Shown: one piece after another, positions 52,713 to 64,000 of the stretch
How positions within the stretch are numbered: position 1 is the first letter of the stretch
Layout of the letters: each line of letters starts with the position of its first letter
From: Hypanus sabinus
Lineage: Eukaryota
Length of the DNA: 64,000 nucleotides
NCBI RefSeq assembly: GCF_030144855.1
Contig: NC_082714.1
Location: 135,036,001 to 135,100,000, forward strand
Direction: 5' to 3'
Notes under the pieces: model-generated
What the model saw: only the letters and a program-made list of their open reading frames with translations
What the model was told of the DNA's origin: nothing
The model's database searches: none
Made by a program: the position numbers and the translations under genes

Positions 52713-55700
52713 AAAACCCTGTGAAGAAGACCATAATAGAACACAAACCAAGAATTTCTCACTGTTCCAACCGATTTAATAAACTTAGCCCACAGAATGA
52801 TAGCAAGCAGGGAAGTATAGAATATAGGAAACAAGTACCATATTAGTTTCTTAACCCCATCCCATCAATGAAATCATAGTAGGTTATTAACTTGATTTCA
52901 CTGACCTCCCTTTGCTTGGAATTTTGAGGTCCTGGTTGATATATTCTACCTTAAATCTGTGTAAGGAACAGTGTCATGACAAAATTAAGACACCATTGCC
53001 AAAACTTTAAAGATGTTATCTAACTATTTGTACAACATCTGTAGTCTTTAGAATGATGTGCCCCTACAGAAGCCTAAAACTGGTTGGAAATGTCTATCCA
53101 GCCATGTGCCAAGATGCAGCTTAAATTTAAAACCAGATTTCAGAATGCCCTAAACATGGAAACTAGGTTATAGCTTACTGTGTTCAGCATACTTTGACTT
53201 TTGTTTAAATTACAAAATTCACACTTTGTAAATGAAATATTGCTCAGCTGTTTTAATAAACTTACTATAAACTCTGCTCACTTGGGAACTAATGTGGCCA
53301 ATAAAGAGTCGCAGACTTCATGCTGTTTCTACTTTCACAAATGCACTTCAATCTTCTGGATTTTATTTCAGATTTCCAGCATCCGGAGTATTTTATAATA
53401 TTGCTAGATTGAATTGTCTAAATCCTATAGAAATCTGTGGTAATCAGACCTTTCTATTTGCTGGATTATTTATGTTGAAACATAAACCAGTTTTCCTTTG
53501 TATACCTAATTATTCTTTTTGGAAATTTGGGGGGGGGGGGGGGGGGGGAGCTGTTAATTCAATGCCTAGGTCAAAAATCAACATGCTGCTGGTTTCAGAA
53601 AAGTTGCTTCATTTATACTGCTCAACAATGCCCAAATGAGAGGCAATTCTACTACAATCCATCCTTATCTAGCAAATCAATTGAGCTGTAAATGCCATTA
53701 TTCTGTCCTACTAGAATTCAATTTAACAGAAATGTTTTTTTGGGGAAAACTGAAAAGGAACTGGAATGGAAGCAAGATGATAAAATGAAAGACAAATGTA
53801 GCAATATTAATACATTTAAAATAGCGACAATTTCCTATCCTGCATCCTACTTTTTAAATCTGTGAAACAAATATAGCTTTATTTCCTAGTGCCTGAAAAT
53901 TGGCATAGGCATGTCCTCTTCTTTAGATTGAAATTAAATGTCAATGCATCCAGAGAATGGGTCAAGATATTACACAGCTTTTCAAAAAAAAAGGGTTATT
54001 TGCTAGATTTTACGCTGCAACGAGTTCAGCTGCACCAATTATGTACATAACCCACAAAAACCCCAAGAAAGTCTTCGACAAATTGACATTTACTTCGCAT
54101 CTTTACTGTTCTTGGGAACTGGCTGTGTAAAGCTCCAAAATAATGGAAACTCTTTCAAAAGATATATAGATAATGCCAAACTATGACTAACATATGCAAA
54201 TTTTATTACATGGTGTGTGAGGTCTAACACACTAATTTAGTGGAAAACAGGAGCAACCATTCCAATTTTCCACAAGTAGCTAGGCAAAACATAGGGTATT
54301 GAGTTTGTTCTCAGTCTCCACCTTGGCACCTAGTTGGAATTTATCACTCTGATTGATGAATCCTTTGTTGCTCTAGATTAAGTTTTCTATTGACGCTTAC
54401 CAGAGATCTTTGGAGCAAAACTTGAAGAGGATGAGGACTGATGCAGCCGTTCTGATGCAGCTCATTCTCCCTGAAGCTTGGATGACTGTGCCTTCATAGG
54501 AACGGTGGCTGGAAGGGGAAGAGGAGTGGGATGACTTTGAGCACTTGCCGGCCAGAGGCAAGTCAGACACTGATGCTTCAGCCATCTTGGATTTTGTGAT
54601 CTAATGCAATCTTTGAACCATTTCCCAATTTTATTTCCCTTGGAAAGTTTGACAGTTCACATGAGGCTACATTGTGGTCATGTAATAATAGTGTAATAAT
54701 CACTAAGTTCAATGAAAAGCCAGAACAGAATTCATTAGAAATAAAGCCATGGCCACAATGCCAAAGACAGATGGGCATGGTACAATCGATCCTCTCACAC
54801 TCATGATAGTTGCAAAATCATACCAGTTTTCAATAGAAGAAAGAACTGAGGAGCAACAGCGTGGGGAATGAAATAAAGGATATGAAAACAAAATGGGTCA
54901 CAAATGGGACAGACATCCTAAAACTTCCCACCATACGAGTACTGGCTTTGGATCATTACTAAATTTTATGGAGGAAACAATAATTAACCTTATTTTTCAT
55001 ACTTGTTCATGATCTGAATATTGTTATATCAATACAAAAGTTAGCTTCAATAAAACAAAAAGTTTATAACCAATGTTGAGAATGCCTAAAATGTCAGTGT
55101 AACCAAAATCAAAGTTTACAGTGCAAATACGTACAAATATAGTGATTATCTAAGCTTTGCATGACAAGATTCAGATATAACAATTCACAGAAAATCTAGT
55201 TACTGAATTGTGAAGAATAACACTGCTGTATTTTAACCATAGAAATGCAGAGAAGCATGTATGTAACTGTACTAGGTAAAGGAATTTTATTAAGATTGGT
55301 AAGTACAATTGCACAAAGAACTTACTAGAACATTTATGCTTCATAGATTGGAATAACAGGGTAAAAATTAAACATTTCAATGTTTTATTCAAGAATGCTT
55401 ACAGCAAGCTTTTGTTCTCATTCTTGTTTACTGGTTCTTATCTTGGTTGCCATTTTAGTCACATATTCAAAGACATAATGTAAATCTGGCCCTCAGCTTT
55501 TTCTTTACAAGAGAGTGTAGCACTCTAGATCAATTTGAAATCAGACTTTGACCATGTAAGATTCTAGGCAAAAACCCCAAATTATACTTTGCACTGGCAG
55601 AGGCCATAGGCTTGGTGCAAGGAAGAATGATAGTTTATTCTAAAATCATCTGACATTATCATAGCACAGGCAAGGAATATAGTTTAGCAGCTAGACATGG

Positions 55701-56859
55701 TCCAAAAGATACCAAAACAATAGGAAAAAAGAAAAATATGTGGCCAGATTTGCAAATCAGAAGCATGAACTCAAAGAAATGTTCAAAGTATAAACAATTT
55801 TCTTATTTTAATGTTTGAAATGGTTGTATGTTACATTTCTTTATATGGTAACTTTTATATGGGATCATTTTATACTCATCACTCATGTGCTAGCTGTTTT
55901 CCTAAATCTATCCCAAGCCCTAGGCAGTCTCTAAGTTTCTACAGTCTGGTCTGAGTATGATTAGCTTTTTGTTACAAAAGGTATATACATGTAAACCAAA
56001 GCCACCAAATTACCACAAGTTTCCCCCCAAAACACTAATAAATTCTTTTATAATATTTACCTTGTAAATAATGAGAAGCCACTGGTAGAGAAACCTTGTC
56101 CTGAAAATTTAAAACAAAGAGGCAATATCTATTTGATTTGTTAACATACTATTTATGACAGAAGTAACATGTTAATTCACTCGTCAATGCAAACCCCCTC
56201 AATGAATACTCATAACACTAAACTCCCAACAGATTCTCTCTAAAAATGCCTAAGGAATTCAATAAAATGCTATTACAGGACCAAATTAGGAAGAAAGGGA
56301 AAACCCTGTATTGAGTCACTGTGGGCCAAATGGCTTCTTCCTGTACTGAGTCATTTTACCATATTATTATTTTGAATTAATGCATTATGTTAATTTAAAA
56401 AATGGTAACCTCCCACTTCAAATTCGCCATCCTGATGGGAATTAATATTTTCATGAATCAGAATGGATACACCACCCATAGGGTCAGAGTCAATATGTAA
56501 AGAAAATCCTCTTAGATGATCCAGCCAGGATCTGCACATTGCTAGCAAAAGGGACATAAAAGTTTAATATTTTAGTTAATCAAACTCTGATAAGTGAGAA
56601 GGATGTGTTTTAAATTCCTTTAAATTAGAAAATAAAGGAAACCAGGGTCACTACAATCTCTACTGACTACATTTTAATGTCAAATGGCTGTGACCACCAG
56701 AATATACTTGTTTTGCAATAACCACTTTGTGTACTCAAGTGAGTAGCACAGCAGTTAGTGCTGTTCCCTCAAAGCACGACACCCAACTACAATCCAGAAT
56801 TTGTATGTCTCCACACACTGTTCTCCACATGAGGCATCAGCAAGAAGAGGCAGAAGCTC

Positions 56860-57800
56860 TCGGCAAGTTTCTTTCTTTGTCTATTGGTGCAGTAAAAAGG
56901 GGTCCAGTCAGTGGTGTGTTCTTTATGTCAGATGTGGGTGGGAAGTCTGGGAGACCTCCAGCTTCCCTAATAGTGACATCTGCACGAGATTCATCCAGTC
57001 ACAGCTCCTTACCGAATGCGTTAAGGAACTGGAACTGCAGCTGGATGACCTACGGCTCATACAGGAGAACAAGAAAAAGATAGATAACACCTGCAAGGTG
57101 GTAGTCACCTTTAAGAAGCAGGAGGCAGGTAGCTGGATGACTGTCAGGAGCAGGAAAAGGAACAGGCAAACAGAGCAGAGTACTTTTGTGGCCATTCCCT
57201 TTCATAAACAAGTATATCACTTTGGAGGAAATCTGCAGATGCTGGAAATTCAAACAACAACACACACAAAATGCTGGTGGAACACAGCAGGCCAGGCAGC
57301 ATCTATAAGGAGAAGCACTGTCGACGTTTTTGATATCACTTTGGATACTGCTTGGTAGGATGATCTGCTGAGGGAAAAACACAGCTATCACTAGCAGGGT
57401 CTGGCTCTGTAGCTCAGAATGTAAGAGTTTCAGATTTCTGGGATCTCTTCTGGGAAAAGTATGACTAGTACAAAAAGGACAGGTTGCAGCTGAACTCAAG
57501 GGAAACCAGTATCTTTACAGGAAGATTTACTAGAGCTGTTGGGGAGGGTTCACACTAGTTAACCAGTGGGGTGGGAACCAGAGTGACAGGTCAGTTCCCT
57601 ATGGAGGTAAAGCCTGTCACTGGGAAATGAAACAAAAAGCCTTATGTATGTTTGAGGCAGAAGTTGATAGAATCTTGATTAGCCAGGACATAAAGGGGTT
57701 CAGGAGATTGGGGCTGAGAGGAAAAATGGATCAGCCATGATGAAATGTCAGAGCAGACTCCATGGGCCAAATGACCTAATTCTGCTCCTATATCGTATGG
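56860..57800 (+). mobile_element. Internally deleted CR1 (ORF1 zinc finger region plus 3' end) containing a nested 106-bp insertion
   Basis: WEVWETSSFPNSDICTRFIQSQLLTECVKELELQLDDL, followed by the CR1 3' end ggatcagccatgatgaaatg...gggccaaatgacctaattctgctcctatatc. Confidence 0.8.
57227..57332 (+). mobile_element. Short repeat insertion flanked by a 13-bp target-site duplication
   Basis: ATATCACTTTGGA at 57214-57226 and 57333-57345 flanks ggaaatctgcagatgctggaaattcaaacaacaacacacacaaaatgctgg... Confidence 0.85.
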
Positions 57801-60800
57801 CGTTAGATCTCTGCCCCGCATACGAATTTCTCTCAATTCACTTCCTATGTACTATGAGCCTACTGTCATTTAATCAAAGGTAAAAACACACAAAATGCTG
57901 GAGGAACTCAGCAGGCCAGACAGCATCTAAGGAAAAGAGTAAGTAGTCAATATTTTGGACTGAGATCCTTCATCAGAACTGCTCATTTAATCAAACATTG
58001 TTTCTAATTGTTACAAATGGCAGGAGGGGAATATGAAGAGAAGCTTAAAAAAAACAAACCACACAAGAAGACTGGTTACCACTAGGAACCCCTTTTCCAC
58101 AAGGTGATGAAAACAGGAGCCAATCAAGGACTTCAAAGCAAAATTGGAAAAGTGCTTGATCACAAATAATTTTTGGGTACTGAGGAATAAGCAGGCAGAG
58201 TTGATCATTCAAACAGCTTTCTGTGAGGTGATGATTCTATGAAGTCATTCTTTAACTGCTCACAGGTCTACAATTTGCAAATATTTATTATCATCCCTAG
58301 TTCTAGTTTTCTCAACACACTTCACCCACTCCACTTGCTGGTCATTACATTTGAAACCTGTGGAATTCCCACTCTAAACCTTCCCTCATTTTCTTATTGA
58401 AAACTATTTCATTCAAGATGAATTATTCCTACACATCAATGGTCAATTTGTATTTAGTTGATGTGAAAGCAACTGCCAATAAAATTCAACTCAATTTTAT
58501 ACATCAACATAAATTTTATAAATCAATAAAATTAAATAAATTGCTCTGCAATTTTGGACAAGAAATGAAAGACCAAGTTATGTCTCAACCAAAACTGAAC
58601 AGCTTATCTTAGTCAGGCCAGACTGCACCATCAGATATTCCAGCATCGTCTATTCTTGTGTCAGACTGCACGTATACTTTCATTTGGATTCATATTGTTC
58701 ATTAAAGAATTTTCTTAAAGCTTCAAAAACTCTGATGTTATTTTTAATTTATAATGATCAATAACTTTTAAGAAGCAAGTCCAATCAATGGTTTTCGTAA
58801 ATTAGTAATCAGGGCAGAGGTACGAACCTTACTCTTGGCTTTTGTACTACACTATTGCAAAGTTCGTTTGTTATGTGCCATGTCGTGTGACATAGGCAAT
58901 CATGGTGTTTCCACGACCATGATTGTTCTTGGCAATTTCTTCTACACAAGTGGTTTGTCACTGCCTTCTTCTGGGCAGTGTGTTAGTAGATTGCAAAGTA
59001 GACAACGAAAAACAAAAAGCTACACTTTCAAACTACTCAGTGAACATCATGCTTGGAAGGCACAAAAAAGGCAGCTAATTCAAATATTAGGGTATCATCA
59101 TACAACTGTTTACAGTGAAATAATTTAACTGGCTGAACACATACTTTGATCTCAGAAATCAGAAAATTTAGATGCACACCACAATGTTGGTTATGTGCAA
59201 AGATCAGCTGCATGAACAGTGCAAGCATGGGCCAAACAATAAACTATCATGTCCATCCGCATGGCAACCTGGACATGTCTAAATTTGTAAGAAACAGTGG
59301 ACCAGATGTTCATCTTCACCATCTTCATGACAATGCACTGGATCAGTCTAGACTACATTCCTTTACAAAACCCTAACACAATATTCAATGAAGAGATGTC
59401 CAGGCACTTTCTCGGAAAGAGTGGCAAACCACTCCTAAAGATTAATGACCAGATGAAGGCAAAAGTATGTTCCAATGTTTCAAAACACTTCCATCATAAA
59501 AACATACCTAAGCACAAAGATTTTATTACTGTAGTTGAGCATGTACAAAATAGATGCAAGTAGTTCACCCAAATGTAACAGCTTTTACTAGTAGGGTGAG
59601 GGGAAAGGACTGCTGATGAAAATTCACTAGAATTTGAATACCATAATTGACCAAGTTTTCATAGACTAATCAATAACAGCTACTTAACATAATACTAGAA
59701 AATCCCCATATATGGGAAAAACAACTAGAGTATCCAGAACTTTAAAATGGGTATTGTGATTTAGATTGTGGTTTCACAATTTCATTTATTCACATTTAAT
59801 CCATTTAAGAGGTTTCAGGAAGTGGGGAAGATGGGAGGTGGAGATGGGTGCTGTTCCAAACAATCCCCAATGGACACAGTAAATTGTGTATAAGTTAAAT
59901 ATTCTCAGTTGTTTCATCTTGCTTACTATTGGACAATCAAACTGGATTCTTACCTCACAATGCATTTTTAAGAATTTTCCTCCAATGAAGGACTGCATTG
60001 TTAAGTTTATTTTTGTTATTTCCCCATACCCACTTTTAAACATTGTTAAAAATTCCTAGAGTTTATCTGATTTTAAAGAAACAAACGGGGAGAAATTTGT
60101 CTTTCAACAGAAGAGCTGTCCCACTTGAACTGAAATTGTGGCATCAAGTGTAAGCGGCAGCTAATACACTTACAGACTTAGCTCAACTGACCAAATGATG
60201 GACCTTTAGAAAATTACTTAACCTACATAGCCGAATGGATGCACTTTCTAAACGTGGCCAATTTAAGAATTATGTGAATACATTAAAAAGATGTTTTAAT
60301 GTCATTGATTTTTAAAGCTTTTGCAAATTATGTACTATCAATTCCCACAAACCCAAATACAATTTTTATTCAGTATGAACAGTGTACTAATGTGACAGAG
60401 TGCAGCATTCATGTAGTTATTTTTGCATCTACTGACAACTACTCAGTTGAAGCAATTAGGGTTTATCTTCCAAATGGCATCCATCCAAACAAAATGTTAG
60501 TATTAACAATATACCAATAATATATCTTAGGTGATCACATTCTCCACTCTGAAATCAAATCCACAATAAAATTATTGGGATAGGGGAAAGAATAGGTAGG
60601 GCGATAATGTTTCTTGCCAACTTATGCAAAATAGCAGAAGATACACTAATCATCTTGCATATATACTGAATGACAACACTGGCCAGAGTGTTTTGATTAT
60701 AATTGCACGCCAAATTTATTGGTAAACAGTTCTGTATTATTTTTCGTCTCTACAATATCGTTCAGTGAAATGTATATAATAGATTCAATGTTTACAGCCC

Positions 60801-60864
60801 AAGAGTAAGTTTACTGGCATTTGAAACAAAATCATGTGCGCATAAATACCCCAACAGGACTCAC

Positions 60865-62394
60865 CTTACGTACAACTTCCTCCTCTTCCTGGCGCTTTTC
60901 ATAATGTGAAAAGTCATCAAAAATTGAGGTGGTATGCTTGTAAGTAGCAATAATTTTGAGCACTTGCTTGGCTTTTTCTAAAGGAACCTCCTGTGTGTCT
61001 CGAGAGTTAGTGACTGGCTTATTATCATTGTTTTCCAAACGGATATGCCTCAGCTGGTTATTAGGCACATCCTTTACAAAGATCCACTTAACATCAAATT
61101 TTCCTTTCCACTTGTCCTGTGACCAAACTCCAGCACATGTGCCATAGTCCACTGCTGATTTCATTTCTGCAACTCCACAAAAATGTCCACTGCCATTTAC
61201 ACTGAATAGTAAGTAAACAGGACCCTTGCCAGCCAGCGAGCGATATGCACTGTCCAAGCGTTTATTGCCATGTTCTGTACTGCACCAAATGGAGTACTTG
61301 ATAGAACGATGGATGTCATCCTCAGAGTAGCTCTTGATAATAAACACTCGACCATTTTTGACATTCCAGTCAAAGTCTTTTGGATTATAGCTGTAAGCAG
61401 CCTTCAGTTTTTCAAGGACAGGATGAGTCTCATTGCTTGGTGGAGAGCTAACTGGTACATTACCCAGAGAGTTGTTTTCATTACCAGGTCCATTATTTTG
61501 ACCAAATGCTGCACCTCTGTTGCGAGGGGCTATCCAACGATTCTGTGGGGGTTGCTGAGGATTCTGAAATGGTTGCTGTGGAATCTGCAACTGCTGAGTT
61601 GGAGGGGGCTGAGTCAATTGCTGCTGAGGAACTACCTGAGTAGTAGGGACCTGATTAGGTGGAGGAGCTTTTGCTACAGGTCCTTTATTATCCCACGTAC
61701 CAATATCCATATTGTGTTTTATAGGAGGTGGAGGCAATGCAGAACTTCCCACTGCTGCTCCAGTCTTTGGTTTTAGTTTTGGTTGAGGCTTGGCTGGTTT
61801 ACTTGCAATGGCAGCCCATGACGTTGGCTTTGGAGCAGATACACCCACTGTTGAGCCATTTCCAGGTGCTGCATTAGTTATCCCTGGGCTATTCACCACA
61901 GACCCCACTGTCTTCACACCTGATGAGGTCACAGCTCCACCAATCTTTAATCCAACCATCCCTTGTTCAATGCTATTCATGCCTGGGGCTTTATTCAAAG
62001 TATCATTTGGAAACCCTGCCTGTCCATCTACTATTGTCCCACCCAAAGAACTAGGTGGGTAACTATAGCTACTGCCATATGCTGAACTTGGTGTTTGTTG
62101 TCCCTGAGACCCGCCTGTCCCCCAAGCAGAAAACCCAGGATTTTCAGGAAAAAAGTTGAACCTATGCTGATTTAAATATGGAGTGCTCCCTAGGCCCCCA
62201 GGTTGACCAAACACAGCATCATGCATGAAATGATGGTCTCCGTTGCTCAGTTGTCCATATGTTGTTAAGTATGGAATAGGAGGATCACCACCAGTGGACC
62301 ATGGTGCTGCTTCACTAAGAGAATAGGAAAATCCAATGGAAGGAGCATAATAGCTTGACAGATATGGATCAGTCATTGAAGGATAGCTGTTATT
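60865..62394 (-). CDS. YTHDF1: YTHDF1 large internal coding exon (P/Q-rich low-complexity region plus YTH m6A-binding domain), 510 codons, phase 0/0
   Basis: ORF 60832..62436 reads [16 protein letters not shown]...[16 protein letters not shown]...[34 protein letters not shown]...[13 protein letters not shown], which matches vertebrate YTHDF1. The acceptor is ttttttttaatcaacag|AAT at 62394 and the donor is AAG|GTGAGT at 60865. The ORF's extra N-terminal ([14 protein letters not shown]) and C-terminal ([10 protein letters not shown]) residues are intronic. Upstream exons were not found in the window. Confidence 0.97.
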
Positions 62395-64000
62395 CTGTTG
62401 ATTAAAAAAAAAGCAAAGATTATAGATCCATGCCACAATCCATGCACTTAACTATTCTCCCATTTTAACTTCACTCAACTTAATCCAACTGATTAATTTG
62501 AAGTTCTTTAAGATTGTAATTGGCTGCAGAATTTAGATTTTATTGAACATTTGGATAATTAAAAAAAATACTATTTAAAGATATAATTAAACTTCTGACT
62601 TTCTATCATACCCATCACCAGACTGCAGAAATACACCGGCTTAGTACTAAAAGCACATAGAATTCGCTAATGTAAAGAGTTTAAATAGCAAATCTGTGAT
62701 TACGTTTGACTTCTAAATGGAAAGGAGCTATAATAAAATAATGCAACACATCAGTAAAGAGTCTCCGGAAATAGTTAATGTTGTTCATCATATCCTGACC
62801 TCAAAATCCTCTAATACCTTAGAAAATTAACACATGGAGGAAAGTGTGAGTGAGAAAGTTGATAGCCTTTCACCCATAGATTCAAACTCAACCATAATCC
62901 ATAAACTGATTATCAGCATCTGGCTCTCTGGATGATGTTTTTCCAGGCTTTCTTTAAACTTGATCGGTTCATTAAAATGTATAAACTAATACGTAACATA
63001 AGAAAATTAAAGATGTATAGGAGTATTAATCAAAATAGCAGTTAATAGTCCTAAAAGATCTACCAGTTGAGCACCAATGTCCTGAGAAGGAGGTGCCACT
63101 ACAAGTAACATGCCAAACAAAACATCCATTATAAAAAATTCTATTAACTTAAGAAATTGGATGGACGTCACTTATTGAAAATACAGGTGAAAAATCATTT
63201 ACAACACAATAATACTTTCAAAATAGTTGAGCTATCATTAATGACTCTAATTTCTCTTCGACAGGGAACATTTGACACTTAAGAAATATCAAGATCAAAA
63301 TTATTGTATCTACATCCAGGCCTAATGTTTTAAAAATTATAAAAACCAATGAACATCCAATCAAATACTGACCAGCAGGAAAGGATACACACACACACAC
63401 GCTTTGATACAGTTAAACCAAATAATTTTAAGTAAAAGCCTAGTTGATTTTCCACCAATCAAAGGCATTAAGATTAATTCCCCGACTAGGATCAGCACAA
63501 GGGCTCAAATCTAGTATTTTACAAATTAAGATGGTTTAGCAAATGTTAAGAAATATAATAAAGTATCATATACACATCTGTCACTTTTGACAGATTACTT
63601 GTCCTCCTTCAGTAGCAACATGCTCTATCTAGGTAAATTGAGATCACAAATAGATAGTATTTGCTCAGGATACATTGTGCTGATGGAATACTTGGTCAGG
63701 TGTAAATGAATTTGTTTATTCAATTTTTGCCCTATATAAATGACCATAAAATACCAATGACTGTCATACAAATGCAAACTGATACAGTATTGTTAATTTA
63801 GAAAAATCATCTGTTATGGAATCACCAAAACTATGAAACAGAAGGTAAACCATTTGGACAAATGTGCCTCTAGTAGGGTTAATAGTTTAACAGAAAATAG
63901 TTATTCCATTTTCATTTCTCAGCACTTCTTGTTAATCTCTTAAAGACATAAAATAATCATCAATGTTTTGAAAATGATTTTACATAGCCTTATGTTAAAG

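Noticed and set aside
60956-62062. Plus-strand ORFs antisense to the YTHDF1 exon
   Set aside because: They are shadow ORFs of the coding strand.
60832-62436. 534-aa ORF as an intronless or retrocopy YTHDF gene
   Set aside because: Canonical splice sites bound the homologous part, both ORF ends are intronic read-through, and the true last exon is at 49323-49346.
62395-64000. YTHDF1 upstream exons (e.g. VQNGSLHQKD...DFEPYL)
   Set aside because: No matching sequence was found, so they presumably lie beyond the window.
1-64000. CRISPR arrays, rRNA, tRNA genes or operons
   Set aside because: The sequence is eukaryotic. No regularly spaced repeats or structural RNA genes were seen, and tRNA-like pieces belong to SINEs.

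Overview
This is AT-rich vertebrate genomic DNA, most likely from a cartilaginous fish and probably a ray (inferred from the CR1, HE1/V-SINE, Rex1, Tx1 and palindromic short-repeat landscape). It is not prokaryotic. Two genes converge. The first is a + strand miR-124 hairpin at ~10.45-10.55 kb with intact Microprocessor motifs. The second is the 3' part of the m6A reader YTHDF1 on the - strand: a 1530-nt internal exon (60865-62394), an ~11.5 kb intron, and a terminal coding exon ERLNRNK* (49323-49346) with ~1 kb of 3'UTR. This matches the human MIR124-3/YTHDF1 arrangement. The miRNA sits inside a ~15 kb CpG-retaining, transposon-poor domain (~2-17 kb). That domain contains an RE1/REST site, an exact Oct-Sox composite element, a CRE/CCAAT/E-box/TAATCC promoter-like cluster and one DeuSINE relic. 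The remainder is CpG-depleted and contains many decayed transposons (CR1, Tx1, Rex1/Babar, RTE-derived, Chapaev-like, hAT, SINEs), some with informative junctions. A candidate alternative or poison exon lies in the last YTHDF1 intron. Most short ORFs in the track are spurious or transposon-derived. Repeat boundaries are approximate and family names come from recalled motifs, not database searches.
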